DNA of 64,000 nt from Candidatus Nomurabacteria bacterium GW2011_GWE1_32_28 (GCA_000989515.1 LBOM01000001.1:61260-125259); one strand, 5' to 3'. Positions 20,075 to 29,357 are shown, counted from the first letter of the stretch. The notes: generated by a model from the sequence alone, not told the origin. A program made the numbers and translations.

Positions 20075-20096
20075 AATTAAAATTTAAAATATAAAG

Positions 20097-20177
20097 TAGC
20101 TACTTTTCACGGCTCGCACTCCAACCTGATTTCATTGTCTATCTTACAGTAGCGTATACCGAAAAAAGCACTACTTT
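20097..20177. repeat. intergenic repeat element copy B
   Basis: TAGCTACTTTTCACGGCTCGCACTCCAACCTGATTTCATTGTCTATCTTACAGTAGCGTATACCGAAAAAAGCACTAC. It carries an A-T to G-C compensatory change in the terminal stem relative to copy A. Confidence 0.7.
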
Positions 20178-20192
20178 GTATTTTTAATAATT

Positions 20193-21383
20193 ATGAAAAA
20201 GAAAACAGTATTTGTAGGAATATCGGGAGGAGTAGATAGTGCTGTTTCGGCTGCATTATTGAAAGAACAAGGTTATGTTGTCATTGGAGTTTTTATACGC
20301 ACATGGCATCCAGATTTTTTAGAATGCAACGAAGAAGAAGAAAGACTTGATGCGATGCGTGTCGCAGCACATTTAGATATTCCATTTTTAACTTTTGATT
20401 TATCTGATGTGTACAAGAAAGAAGTTGCAGATTATATGATATCTGAATACAAGGCAGGCAAGACGCCAAATCCTGATGTTATGTGTAATAAAGAAGTGAA
20501 ATTTGGAGCTTTTCTTAAAAAAGCTATTTCTATGGGTGCTGATTATGTTGCTACAGGACATTATGCACAGAATTTTTTTATGAAAAATTCTGGTAAAAAA
20601 GCTTCCTTAATGTTTTTTTCACAGTCTGGCCGGGGTTCGGGGCCCCGGGGAACCGAGGACTTGATAAAAAATATTGAAGGAACTTTTTTATTTAAAGGAG
20701 TAGATACTTCTAAAGATCAAAGTTATTTTCTTTGGACATTAAAACAAAATCAACTAAATAGAATTTTATTTCCAATTGGTCATTTAAAAAAGACTGAAGT
20801 TAGAAAATTTGCTAAGAAATTTAATCTACCTGTTGCAGAGAAAAAAGATAGTCAGGGTATTTGTTTTTTAGGTGCTGTAGATTTAAAAGATTTTTTGAAA
20901 CATTATATTAAAGAAAAAAAAGGAAAAGTTTTAAATCAAGATGGAGAAGAAATAGGCTATCATGATGGTGTAGTCTTTCATACATTAGGGGAAAGACATG
21001 GTTTTGTTATTACTAAAAAAGGTTCAAAAGATGGAGCTTATTATGTAATTGATAAAGATTTAAAGAAAAATATTTTATATGTGTCACAAGATAAAAATTT
21101 TCAAAGGTCGGCCTTAAAATCTTCAAAAAGGGCCGACCTTAAGAATTTAGAAATTTTTTATTTTAAAATTAAAGATATAAACTGGATTTCTGAAATTCCA
21201 AAAGAAGACAAAGATTACACAGCTCAGATTCGTTATCATGGAGAATTTTTAGATTGTAAAATAAAATATGAAAAATCAGATATAACACAAATAATTTTTA
21301 AAAAACCTGTTTTGGTTGCATCTGGTCAATCTTGTGTAATTTATGATAAAGATATTTGTTTGGGTGGTGGTGTGGTTTTATAA
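20193..21383 (+). CDS. mnmA: tRNA-specific 2-thiouridylase MnmA, with two GC-rich in-frame insertions
   Basis: PP-loop VGISGGVDSAV with conserved Cys and catalytic regions; 396 aa. It contains GC-rich palindromic segments at 20624-20660 and 21104-21140. Confidence 0.85.
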   Translation: MKKKTVFVGISGGVDSAVSAALLKEQGYVVIGVFIRTWHPDFLECNEEEERLDAMRVAAHLDIPFLTFDLSDVYKKEVADYMISEYKAGKTPNPDVMCNKEVKFGAFLKKAISMGADYVATGHYAQNFFMKNSGKKASLMFFSQSGRGSGPRGTEDLIKNIEGTFLFKGVDTSKDQSYFLWTLKQNQLNRILFPIGHLKKTEVRKFAKKFNLPVAEKKDSQGICFLGAVDLKDFLKHYIKEKKGKVLNQDGEEIGYHDGVVFHTLGERHGFVITKKGSKDGAYYVIDKDLKKNILYVSQDKNFQRSALKSSKRADLKNLEIFYFKIKDINWISEIPKEDKDYTAQIRYHGEFLDCKIKYEKSDITQIIFKKPVLVASGQSCVIYDKDICLGGGVVL

Positions 21384-21398
21384 AAGTAAAAAACAGAA

Positions 21399-21479
21399 TA
21401 GTACTTTTTCACCACTCGCACACGAACCTGACGTCATTAATTATCTTTTAGTAGCGTATGTCGAAAAAAGTACTATTTT
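21399..21479. repeat. intergenic repeat element copy C
   Basis: TAGTACTTTTTCACCACTCGCACACGAACCTGACGTCATTAATTATCTTTTAGTAGCGTATGTCGAAAAAAGTACT with near-perfect 11-12 bp terminal inverted repeats. Confidence 0.7.
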
Positions 21480-21511
21480 GTTTTTTACTTATTGCGATGT
21501 ATAATATTTAT

Positions 21512-21991
21512 ATGGAACAATTTTTTATAGAAAATGGTGATTTTATTTTAAAATTAACAGTAGCTGTTTTGTTGGGTATGTTTATCGGTGCTGAACGTCT
21601 TTTTGTACACAAAGAAGCTGGTATGAAAACTCATGCTCTTGTTTCTATGGGTGCAGCTATTTTTATAATTATTTCTGAAACAATGGCAGAAAAATATATA
21701 AATTTATCAGGTTTTAATCCCATAATGATGGCTTCTAATATTATTGTAGGTATTGGTTTTCTTGGTGCTGGTATTATAATGTTTAGAGATTCTCATCTTT
21801 TGGGTCTTACAACAGCTGGTGGACTTTGGGTGACATCTGGTATAGGTATGGCTGCAGGGTTTGGACTTTTTAATCTTGCAATTATTTCGACTATTTTAGT
21901 ACTCTTTATTTTTATAGTTATGAATATTTTTGAAAAACCAATTAGAAAAATTTCAGAAGAAAATTTCTTAATAAAAGAAGAAGCAAAATAG
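21512..21991 (+). CDS. MgtC/SapB-family membrane protein
   Basis: The ORF-track start at 21458 (ATGTCGAAAAAAGTACT) lies inside repeat copy C. The MgtC-like N-terminus begins at MEQFFIENGDFILKLTVAVLLGMFIGAER (21512), and the motif KEAGMKTHALVSMGAAIF is present. Confidence 0.65.
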   Translation: MEQFFIENGDFILKLTVAVLLGMFIGAERLFVHKEAGMKTHALVSMGAAIFIIISETMAEKYINLSGFNPIMMASNIIVGIGFLGAGIIMFRDSHLLGLTTAGGLWVTSGIGMAAGFGLFNLAIISTILVLFIFIVMNIFEKPIRKISEENFLIKEEAK

Positions 21992-22000
21992 TTATTTTAT

Positions 22001-23740
22001 ATGGAATCAAGTGAAATTAGATCAAGATTTTTAAAATTTTTTGAAACTCGCGGACATAAAATAATTCCTTCTTCTTCCTTAGTGCCAGAAAATGACCCTT
22101 CTGTGCTTTTTAATATTGCTGGCATGCAGCCTCTCATGAAATATCTCTTAGGAGAAAAACACCCAGAAGGTAAACGTTTAGTTAATATTCAAAAATGTAT
22201 TCGAACTATTGATTTAGATGAAGTAGGAGATGCCACTCATTTAACATTTTTTGAGATGATGGGGAATTGGTCTCTTGGAGATTATTTTAAAGAAGATGCA
22301 ATAAAATGGAGTTACGAATTTTTGACAAACAAAGAAGAAGGTATTGGTCTTGATTTAAATCGTTTATATATAACTGTTTTTAGTGGAAATGATGATATTC
22401 CATGTGATACTGAATCAGTAGAAATATGGAAATCTGTTGGTATTCCTGAAAGTCGTATTTATTTTAAAAATTCTAAATCAAATTGGTGGAGTGCTGGATT
22501 AAATTCTCCAGCTGGTCCTTCTACTGAGATGTTTTATGATTTAATTGGAAATCTTGGTGATATGAATCAAGAACAATTTGAAACAGCTGAAGATGAACAA
22601 AAAGTTGTAGAAATCTGGAATGATGTTTTTATGGTGTATAAACAAGAAGATGGAAAAGTTTCTGGCGAACTTCCAAATAAAAATGTTGATACTGGCGCAG
22701 GACTTGAACGTATTACTACAGTTATACAAGGAAAAAGTAATATTTATGAAACTGATGTTTTTGTATCGGTTATGGATTTAATAAAGAAAAATTCTATAAA
22801 TTATAATGAAAAATCTGCAAGGATTATTGCTGATCACATAAGAAGTGCAATCTTTTTAATTTCTGATGGTGTTAAACCTTCGAATAAAGATCAGGGTTAT
22901 GTTCTTCGCAGGTTAATTCGTCGTGCTGTTTTTAAAATGAAAAGCTTAATGCTAAATTCTTTAGTTGGTGTTGAAATTATTAATTATTTTATTAATACTT
23001 ATTCAGATACATATGAGCAGTTAAAAAAAGTAGATATTAATTCTGTTTTTAATACTGAAGAAGAAAAATTTTTAAAAACACTTCAAGATGGAATGAAGGA
23101 ATTTGAAAAAGGAATTGATCCTTTTATACTTTTTACTACCTATGGATTTCCAATTGAATTAACTATTGAACTTTCAAATGAAAGGGGGAGTGCAATTAAT
23201 CTTGAAGATTTTAATAAAAAAATGGTAGAGCATCAGAAACTTTCTCAAACTTCTTCTGTTGGTATGTTTAAGGGTGGGTTAGCAGATGCAGGAGAAGAAA
23301 CAAAGAGATTACATACAGCCACTCATCTTATGCGTCAAGCATTGGAAGATGTTTTAGGAGAAAAAATAGTTCAAAAGGGAAGTAATATTACAGCTGAGAG
23401 ATTACGATTTGATTTTTCTTTTTCACGAAAAATGACTGATGAAGAAAAGAATAAAGTAGCAGATATTGTAAATGAAAAAATACAACTTAAACTTCCTGTA
23501 CAAAGAATAGTTATGAAAAAAGAAGAAGCTGAAAAAACAGGAGCCGTTCATATTTTTGGTGATAAATATGGAGAAGAGGTTAGTATTTATTACGTAGGAG
23601 AGACATTAGAAAGTTCTTATTCTAAAGAATTTTGCGGAGGACCTCATGTCAAAAATACTGCAGAATTAGGAGAATTCAAAATTTTAAAAGAGGAAGCTGT
23701 CTCAGCTGGTGTTCGAAGAATAAAAGCTGTACTATTTTAA
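22001..23740 (+). CDS. alaS: alanyl-tRNA synthetase, compact form lacking C-Ala domain
   Basis: Class II catalytic core (FFETRGH, QKCIRT, FFEMMGNWSLGDYFK, DTGAGLERI), tRNA-recognition region IADHIRSAIFLISDGVKPSNKDQGYVLRRLIRRAV and editing domain HTATHLMRQALEDVLG...CGGPHV. The protein ends after the editing domain at 579 aa. Confidence 0.85.
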   Translation: MESSEIRSRFLKFFETRGHKIIPSSSLVPENDPSVLFNIAGMQPLMKYLLGEKHPEGKRLVNIQKCIRTIDLDEVGDATHLTFFEMMGNWSLGDYFKEDAIKWSYEFLTNKEEGIGLDLNRLYITVFSGNDDIPCDTESVEIWKSVGIPESRIYFKNSKSNWWSAGLNSPAGPSTEMFYDLIGNLGDMNQEQFETAEDEQKVVEIWNDVFMVYKQEDGKVSGELPNKNVDTGAGLERITTVIQGKSNIYETDVFVSVMDLIKKNSINYNEKSARIIADHIRSAIFLISDGVKPSNKDQGYVLRRLIRRAVFKMKSLMLNSLVGVEIINYFINTYSDTYEQLKKVDINSVFNTEEEKFLKTLQDGMKEFEKGIDPFILFTTYGFPIELTIELSNERGSAINLEDFNKKMVEHQKLSQTSSVGMFKGGLADAGEETKRLHTATHLMRQALEDVLGEKIVQKGSNITAERLRFDFSFSRKMTDEEKNKVADIVNEKIQLKLPVQRIVMKKEEAEKTGAVHIFGDKYGEEVSIYYVGETLESSYSKEFCGGPHVKNTAELGEFKILKEEAVSAGVRRIKAVLF

Positions 23741-23774
23741 TTTTTTTGATTTTATTTATGATATAATTATATAT

Positions 23775-24950
23775 ATGGGAATCTTTTTTAAACGAAAAGA
23801 TGAAAAAGAGTTGGTACTAATTTTTGATATTAGGTCTTCTTCTGTTGGAGCTGCTATTTTTGAAGTACAAAAGATGGGAGTTCCTAAGATAATTCTATCT
23901 ATTCGTGAGCCTATAGTATTTCAAAGTGAAATTAATATTGATAATTTTTTATTTTTAACTATAAAAGCACTTGAGATTGTAGCTAGTAAGGTGTCTATTA
24001 TGAGTACAAGTAGACCCAAAAAAGTTTTTTGTATTCTTTCATCACCTTGGTATGCTTCTCAAACCAGAACCATAAAGCTTGAAAAGAACACACCTTTTGT
24101 GTTTACTTCTAAATTAGCCAATGAACTAATAAAAAAAGAGATTAGTATTTTTGAAGAAGAACATATAAAAAATTTTTCCGATACTAATAACAAAACTCGT
24201 CTTATTGAATTTAAAAATATGAAAACTTTATTAAATGGGTATCAAACTTCTGACCCGTTTAATAAAAAAACAAAGAAACTCGAGATGATTATTTTTATTT
24301 CTATTGCAGGCGATCAGATATTAAAAAAAATAGAAGAAACAATATTTAGGCATTTTCATTATAGTGATGTAAAATTTTCTTCTTTTGCTATGGCTTCTTT
24401 TGTTGTAGCACGTGATATGTTTATAGATCAAGATAGCTTTCTTTTGGTTGACATTGGCGGAGAAGTAACAGATATTTCAATGATTAAAAAAAATATATTA
24501 AATTATTCTATTTCATATCCTTTAGGATATAATTTTATTATACGTAGAATAGCAGACAGTTTAAACAGCACTTTAGACGAAGCAAAATCTTTAATCTCTC
24601 TTTATAGAGATGATCACGCAGAAGAATCTACTCAAAAAAAACTTGAACCTATTATTGGTAAATTAAAAATGGAATGGTTGAAAGGATTTCAAGAATCATT
24701 AGTTAATATTTCAAGTGATATTTCCATACCAGCGACAATTTTTATAACAGTTGACCAAGATTTAGCAGATTTTTTTTCTAAAATTATTAAAACTGAACAA
24801 TTTAATCAGTACACATTATCTGAGTCAGAATTTAAAATTATTTTTTTGGGAACCCAAACCCTTAACGATATAATTGTTTTTAAAGATAAAATATACCGTG
24901 ATCCATTTATTGCGATTGAAGCTATTTATATTAATCGTTTTATTTGTTAG
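23775..24950 (+). CDS. actin-like ATPase, PilM/FtsA-like
   Basis: The N-terminal LVLIFDIRSSSVGAAIFE resembles the PilM GxDIGSSSIK pattern. The later VDIGGEVTDISMI resembles the actin-fold DIGGGTT motif. Confidence 0.4.
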   Translation: MGIFFKRKDEKELVLIFDIRSSSVGAAIFEVQKMGVPKIILSIREPIVFQSEINIDNFLFLTIKALEIVASKVSIMSTSRPKKVFCILSSPWYASQTRTIKLEKNTPFVFTSKLANELIKKEISIFEEEHIKNFSDTNNKTRLIEFKNMKTLLNGYQTSDPFNKKTKKLEMIIFISIAGDQILKKIEETIFRHFHYSDVKFSSFAMASFVVARDMFIDQDSFLLVDIGGEVTDISMIKKNILNYSISYPLGYNFIIRRIADSLNSTLDEAKSLISLYRDDHAEESTQKKLEPIIGKLKMEWLKGFQESLVNISSDISIPATIFITVDQDLADFFSKIIKTEQFNQYTLSESEFKIIFLGTQTLNDIIVFKDKIYRDPFIAIEAIYINRFIC

Positions 24951-24959
24951 AATACATTT

Positions 24960-26237
24960 ATGGCAAGAAACTTACTTCAAGATATGGTAAAAGTTAAAAC
25001 TCCTCAAAGACTTATAAAACAAAAGTCTACTGATGATATTGAGATTTTTTTTGATAAAAATAAAGAAAAAGAAATCGTTTTTAATAAAATAAATAAAAAT
25101 AATAAAAAATCAAAATATAGATTTTATTTTATTGCATTTATCTCTGTTGTATTTCTACTTTTCGCACTTTCTTTTTTATTTTCAGGAGCAAAAATAACAA
25201 TTTCTCCTAAGATAAAGGAAATATCTATCAATGAAAATTTATCTGCTATAAAAAATTTAAATACATCAGGCTTATCTTTTGATCTTGTAGTTGTTTCTGG
25301 AGAAGAAGATAAAACAATACAAGGTGGGGAAGAAAAAGAAGTAGCTGTAGTGGCGAGAGGGACTGTTATACTTTATAATTCTTTTAGTTCTCTTTCACAG
25401 ACGCTTGATGTTGATACCAGACTAGAAGGATCAAATGGAAAAATTTATAAAACTAGTAAGAAAATAAAAATACCTGGAATGATAAAAGATAAACCAGGAA
25501 GTATTAAAGTTGATATTTATGCATCAGAAGTTGGTGAAGAATATAATAGTACGCCGATAGATTTTAAGATTTTTGGTTTTAAGGGAACAGAAAAATATTC
25601 TAAATTTTATGCTAGGTCAGAGGGAAATATAATTGGTGGATTTATAGGGAAAACACCCGTAGTTTCTTCTCTTGATAAAGTGAACATAGTAAGTGAATTA
25701 AAAGTCGCATTAGAAGAAAAGCTTCTAAAGAAGGCAATGGATCAAATTCCTAGTGGTTTCATTCTATTTAAAGATGCAGCAGTTTTAGAAATTGATGATA
25801 AAAATATTAGTTTTACGACCAATGAAGATAATATGGTATCTGTAAATGTTAAGGGCACTCTTTATGGTTTTCTTTTTAGTGAAGATAAAATAATAAAAAA
25901 AATAGCTGAAGGTGTTATAGATGAATATGATGGAGGAGAGGTTTATATACCAAATATACGAGATTTAGTTTTTTCATTAGATAATAGTAAAGATATTGAA
26001 TTTACTGATGTAAAAAATATAAGTTTCAATCTAAAAGGAATTCCTAAAATTATTTGGAAAATTGATGAGACAAAATTCATTTCAGATATTTTAAATAAAA
26101 ATAAAAAAGATTTTAATAAAATTTTACTACAATATTCTAGTATAGACTCTGCAGAATTGGTCATCCGTCCTTTTTGGAAATCTTCTTTTCCTGAAAAAAG
26201 CAAAAGTATAGAGTTGATAGTAAATTATCCTAAGTAA
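24960..26237 (+). CDS. single-pass membrane protein (possible PilN/PilO-like partner)
   Basis: 425 aa with one TM helix (FYFIAFISVVFLLFALSFLF) and a large extracytoplasmic domain. It immediately follows the actin-like ATPase. Confidence 0.3.
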   Translation: MARNLLQDMVKVKTPQRLIKQKSTDDIEIFFDKNKEKEIVFNKINKNNKKSKYRFYFIAFISVVFLLFALSFLFSGAKITISPKIKEISINENLSAIKNLNTSGLSFDLVVVSGEEDKTIQGGEEKEVAVVARGTVILYNSFSSLSQTLDVDTRLEGSNGKIYKTSKKIKIPGMIKDKPGSIKVDIYASEVGEEYNSTPIDFKIFGFKGTEKYSKFYARSEGNIIGGFIGKTPVVSSLDKVNIVSELKVALEEKLLKKAMDQIPSGFILFKDAAVLEIDDKNISFTTNEDNMVSVNVKGTLYGFLFSEDKIIKKIAEGVIDEYDGGEVYIPNIRDLVFSLDNSKDIEFTDVKNISFNLKGIPKIIWKIDETKFISDILNKNKKDFNKILLQYSSIDSAELVIRPFWKSSFPEKSKSIELIVNYPK

Positions 26238-26310
26238 GTTCAATAAAAAAGTTTATTAACATATATAATATTGACCTTTGTTTATAAATTTAGTATGATA
26301 TATTAACTTA

Positions 26311-26532
26311 ATGAGTGACCCAAAAAATGAAAAAATTCTAACAGTGAGAGGAATTATTACTGAATCATTACCCTCTACTTTGTTTAGAGTAAAGATAGAA
26401 GATGATAAAGAAATTTTGGCATATCTTGGAGGTAAAATGCGTATGCATAGAATAAAAGTTTTAATAGGAGATTCGGTTGAAGTTGTACTGGATCCTTATG
26501 GTGGAAAAGGAAGAATAATTAAAAGGTTGTAA
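26311..26532 (+). CDS. infA: translation initiation factor IF-1
   Basis: 73-aa S1-like protein, similar to IF-1 by eye. Confidence 0.85.
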   Translation: MSDPKNEKILTVRGIITESLPSTLFRVKIEDDKEILAYLGGKMRMHRIKVLIGDSVEVVLDPYGGKGRIIKRL

Positions 26533-26647
26533 TTTTTTTTATAATGGTGTATTATACTAAATATAGTTTATGAAAAGTTTTTAGTGTTAAGAAATAAGGG
26601 TTTTTTCCCTTATTTTTGTATGTTTTAATAAAGTTTAATTTATTTTT

Positions 26648-26758
26648 ATGCGAATTAGATCAACAGTTAAAAAAATATGTAGTAAATGTAAGATGGTTAA
26701 ACGTCAGAGACATTTACGTGTAATTTGTTCTAATCCTAAACATAAACAAAAACAATAA
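26648..26758 (+). CDS. rpmJ: 50S ribosomal protein L36
   Basis: A 36-aa ORF below the ORF-track cutoff, [36 protein letters not shown], in the conserved infA-rpmJ-rpsM position. Confidence 0.85.
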   Translation: MRIRSTVKKICSKCKMVKRQRHLRVICSNPKHKQKQ

Positions 26759-26761
26759 TTT

Positions 26762-27142
26762 ATGAGAATACTTGGAATAACAGTACCAGATGAAAAGAGA
26801 CTTGAAATTGCACTGACATGTCTTTTTGGTGTTGGTATATCAACTGCAAGAAAAATTTTAAAACAAGTTGATATTGATGTAGGTAAAAAAACAAAAGATT
26901 TAACTCCTGATGAGGAAAATAAGATTCGTGGAATAATCGAAGCTATGAAAATAGAAGGAAATCTAAAAAGAGAAATTTCAGGAAATATAAAAAGATTAAA
27001 GGATATTAAAACGCATAGAGGTATTAGACATATAAAAAGATTACCAGTTAGAGGTCAAAGAACAAAAACTAATTCTAGGACAGTTAGAGGAAACGTTAGA
27101 AGAACGATGGCTTCCGGTAAAAGAAAAGAGAGTAAAACTTAA
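26762..27142 (+). CDS. rpsM: 30S ribosomal protein S13
   Basis: MRILGITVPDEKRLEIALTCLFGVGISTARKIL. Confidence 0.9.
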   Translation: MRILGITVPDEKRLEIALTCLFGVGISTARKILKQVDIDVGKKTKDLTPDEENKIRGIIEAMKIEGNLKREISGNIKRLKDIKTHRGIRHIKRLPVRGQRTKTNSRTVRGNVRRTMASGKRKESKT

Positions 27143-27149
27143 ATAATTT

Positions 27150-27593
27150 ATGGGAAAGACAAAAACTACAATTAAACCAACTGATGAAGCTTTAAAAGAA
27201 ACAAAAGTAGAAGCAAAAACATCTACAATCAAAACACCTAAGAAGAAAATAACTTCTGGTATTTTGTTTATTGATGCAACCTTTAATAATACGAAAGTTT
27301 TATTTGGAGATAAGTTAGGAAATACACTATTTTGGTCAAGTGCTGGGAGTTTGGGTTTTAGAGGAGCAAAGAAGGGAACTCCATTTGCAGCTTCTAAGGT
27401 AGGAGATTTGATTGGTGAAAAAGCTGCTAATCTTGGAGTTAAGGATTCAGGTGTGGTTGTAAGAGGTGTTGGATCTGGACGTGAACCAGTAATAAGATCA
27501 TTTATGGCTCATGGTATAGAGATAACTTTTATAAAAGATGCTACACCAGTACCACATAATGGTCCAAAACCAAAAAAACCACGAAGAGTATAA
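27150..27593 (+). CDS. rpsK: 30S ribosomal protein S11
   Basis: FIDATFNNTKVLF...SSAGSLGFRGAKKGTPFAA. Confidence 0.9.
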   Translation: MGKTKTTIKPTDEALKETKVEAKTSTIKTPKKKITSGILFIDATFNNTKVLFGDKLGNTLFWSSAGSLGFRGAKKGTPFAASKVGDLIGEKAANLGVKDSGVVVRGVGSGREPVIRSFMAHGIEITFIKDATPVPHNGPKPKKPRRV

Positions 27594-27625
27594 GAATTAT
27601 CAATTATGAATTATAGATTTAAGAT

Positions 27626-28231
27626 ATGATAAGCAAACCAAAATTTAAAATAGGAAGAAGATTAGGAGCTGGGGTTTACGATAAATGTCAAACTGCAAAG
27701 TTTTCAGCTTCTTCTGGTAAGTTTGCTGGTCCTGGTGCACGTCGTCCAAAGGCATTATCAGAATATGGTGCTCAACTTATTGAAAAACAAAAAGTTCGTT
27801 TTTCTTATGGTATTACTGAGCGTCAACTTTCAAATTATGTTAAAAAAGCTTCTCTTGTAAAAGGTTCAGGTGCTGTAGAAAAATTTTATGAAAATCTTGA
27901 AACTCGTCTTGATAATATAGTTTATAGAATGGGTCTTGCACCAAGTAGGCGTGCTGCTAGACAGATGGTTTCTCATGGACATTTTATTGTAAATATTCAT
28001 AAAGTAACAATACCATCTTATGAAGTAAAAGTTGGAGATATAATAAAGATTCGTGAAGGATCTAAGGTAAAAAAGATTTTTGATAATTTAACAGAAAGAT
28101 TAAAAGATTATAATACACCTTCTTGGATTTTGTTTAATGTATCAAAAATGGAGGGGAATATCATAGCTAAACCCAAAAATACAGAGACTTTTCTTGATTT
28201 AAATGCTGTGCTTGAGTTTTATAGTCGTTAA
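27626..28231 (+). CDS. rpsD: 30S ribosomal protein S4
   Basis: 201 aa with an S4 N-terminal region and an S4 RNA-binding domain. Confidence 0.85.
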   Translation: MISKPKFKIGRRLGAGVYDKCQTAKFSASSGKFAGPGARRPKALSEYGAQLIEKQKVRFSYGITERQLSNYVKKASLVKGSGAVEKFYENLETRLDNIVYRMGLAPSRRAARQMVSHGHFIVNIHKVTIPSYEVKVGDIIKIREGSKVKKIFDNLTERLKDYNTPSWILFNVSKMEGNIIAKPKNTETFLDLNAVLEFYSR

Positions 28232-28327
28232 TTTTATTATTGATCTCCGCTATAAGCGGACAAGTATTATTAAAGTTTAAAAGTAACTTTTTCCACTCAT
28301 GATTATGGGTGAATAAAAATAAAAATT

Positions 28328-29311
28328 ATGCCTGAATATAAAATAATAATGCCTTCTAAGCCTCGTATTGTTTTAGAAGAAGATAATAAGGGAGTATTTG
28401 AGATAGATGGTTTGTATCCCGGTTATGGTCATACATTGGGTAATTCCTTAAGAAGAATTATTCTTTCTTCTTTACCAGGTGCTAGTATTACTTCTATAAA
28501 GATAGATGGTGTTTCTCATGAATTTCAAACAATGGATGGAATCAAAGAAGATGTAATTGTAATGATTTTGAATTTAAAAAAGATTCGTTTTAAAATGATA
28601 TCTGATGAACCACAGGTTGTTACTCTTTCTATAAAAGGACCAAAAGAAGTTACTGCAAATGATATAAAAGTTGGAGGACAAGTAGAAATATTAAATCCAG
28701 AACTTCATATCGTAGAAGTTACAGGTAAGGTTAATCTAGATATTGAGATGAAGATTGAGAAAGGATTGGGTTTTGTTTCAAAAGAAATTTTACAAAAAGA
28801 AAAAGTAGATATTGGTACAATTACCGTTGATGGTATATTTACTCCAATTCGTCGTGTTTCTTATGATGTTGAAAATATGCGTGTTGGAGACAATACAAAT
28901 TATAATTTATTAAGAGTATCGATAGAAACAGACGGAACACTTACTCCTCGTGAAGCATTTTTGAAATCTATAGAGATAATGATAAATCAATTAAAATCTA
29001 TTATTGATTTTAAAGAACCAGAAGAAGAAATAAAAGAAGAAAAGAAGTCTGCTTCTTTTATAGATAAAAAAGAAGAAGTCGAAAGCGAAAAGAAGTCTGA
29101 TGATTTTATCGATGTTTTGAAAACTCGTATAGACAGTCTTGATCTTTCAACTAGAACATTAAATGCTCTTAATACTGCAAATATTAGGACACTTGGTGGT
29201 CTTGCAAGAAAAAAGCGCGAAGATTTGCTTGAGGTTGAAGGTATTGGAGAAAAAGGAATAACTGAAATTAAAAAAATACTTAGTAAATTTGGGCTTAATT
29301 TGAAAGAATAA
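28328..29311 (+). CDS. rpoA: DNA-directed RNA polymerase subunit alpha
   Basis: 327 aa with an N-terminal dimerisation domain and a C-terminal alpha-CTD (LDLSTRTLNALN). Confidence 0.9.
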   Translation: MPEYKIIMPSKPRIVLEEDNKGVFEIDGLYPGYGHTLGNSLRRIILSSLPGASITSIKIDGVSHEFQTMDGIKEDVIVMILNLKKIRFKMISDEPQVVTLSIKGPKEVTANDIKVGGQVEILNPELHIVEVTGKVNLDIEMKIEKGLGFVSKEILQKEKVDIGTITVDGIFTPIRRVSYDVENMRVGDNTNYNLLRVSIETDGTLTPREAFLKSIEIMINQLKSIIDFKEPEEEIKEEKKSASFIDKKEEVESEKKSDDFIDVLKTRIDSLDLSTRTLNALNTANIRTLGGLARKKREDLLEVEGIGEKGITEIKKILSKFGLNLKE

Positions 29312-29357
29312 TAAATCAATTACGAATTAGCAATTACGAATTACGAATTAAAAAAAT

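Noticed and set aside
19444-21479. Possibility that the three about 80-nt repeats are a CRISPR array
   Set aside because: The copies are 650-1300 bp apart and separated by full-length conserved genes. They are imperfect, have internal dyad symmetry extending to their ends, and no cas genes are present.
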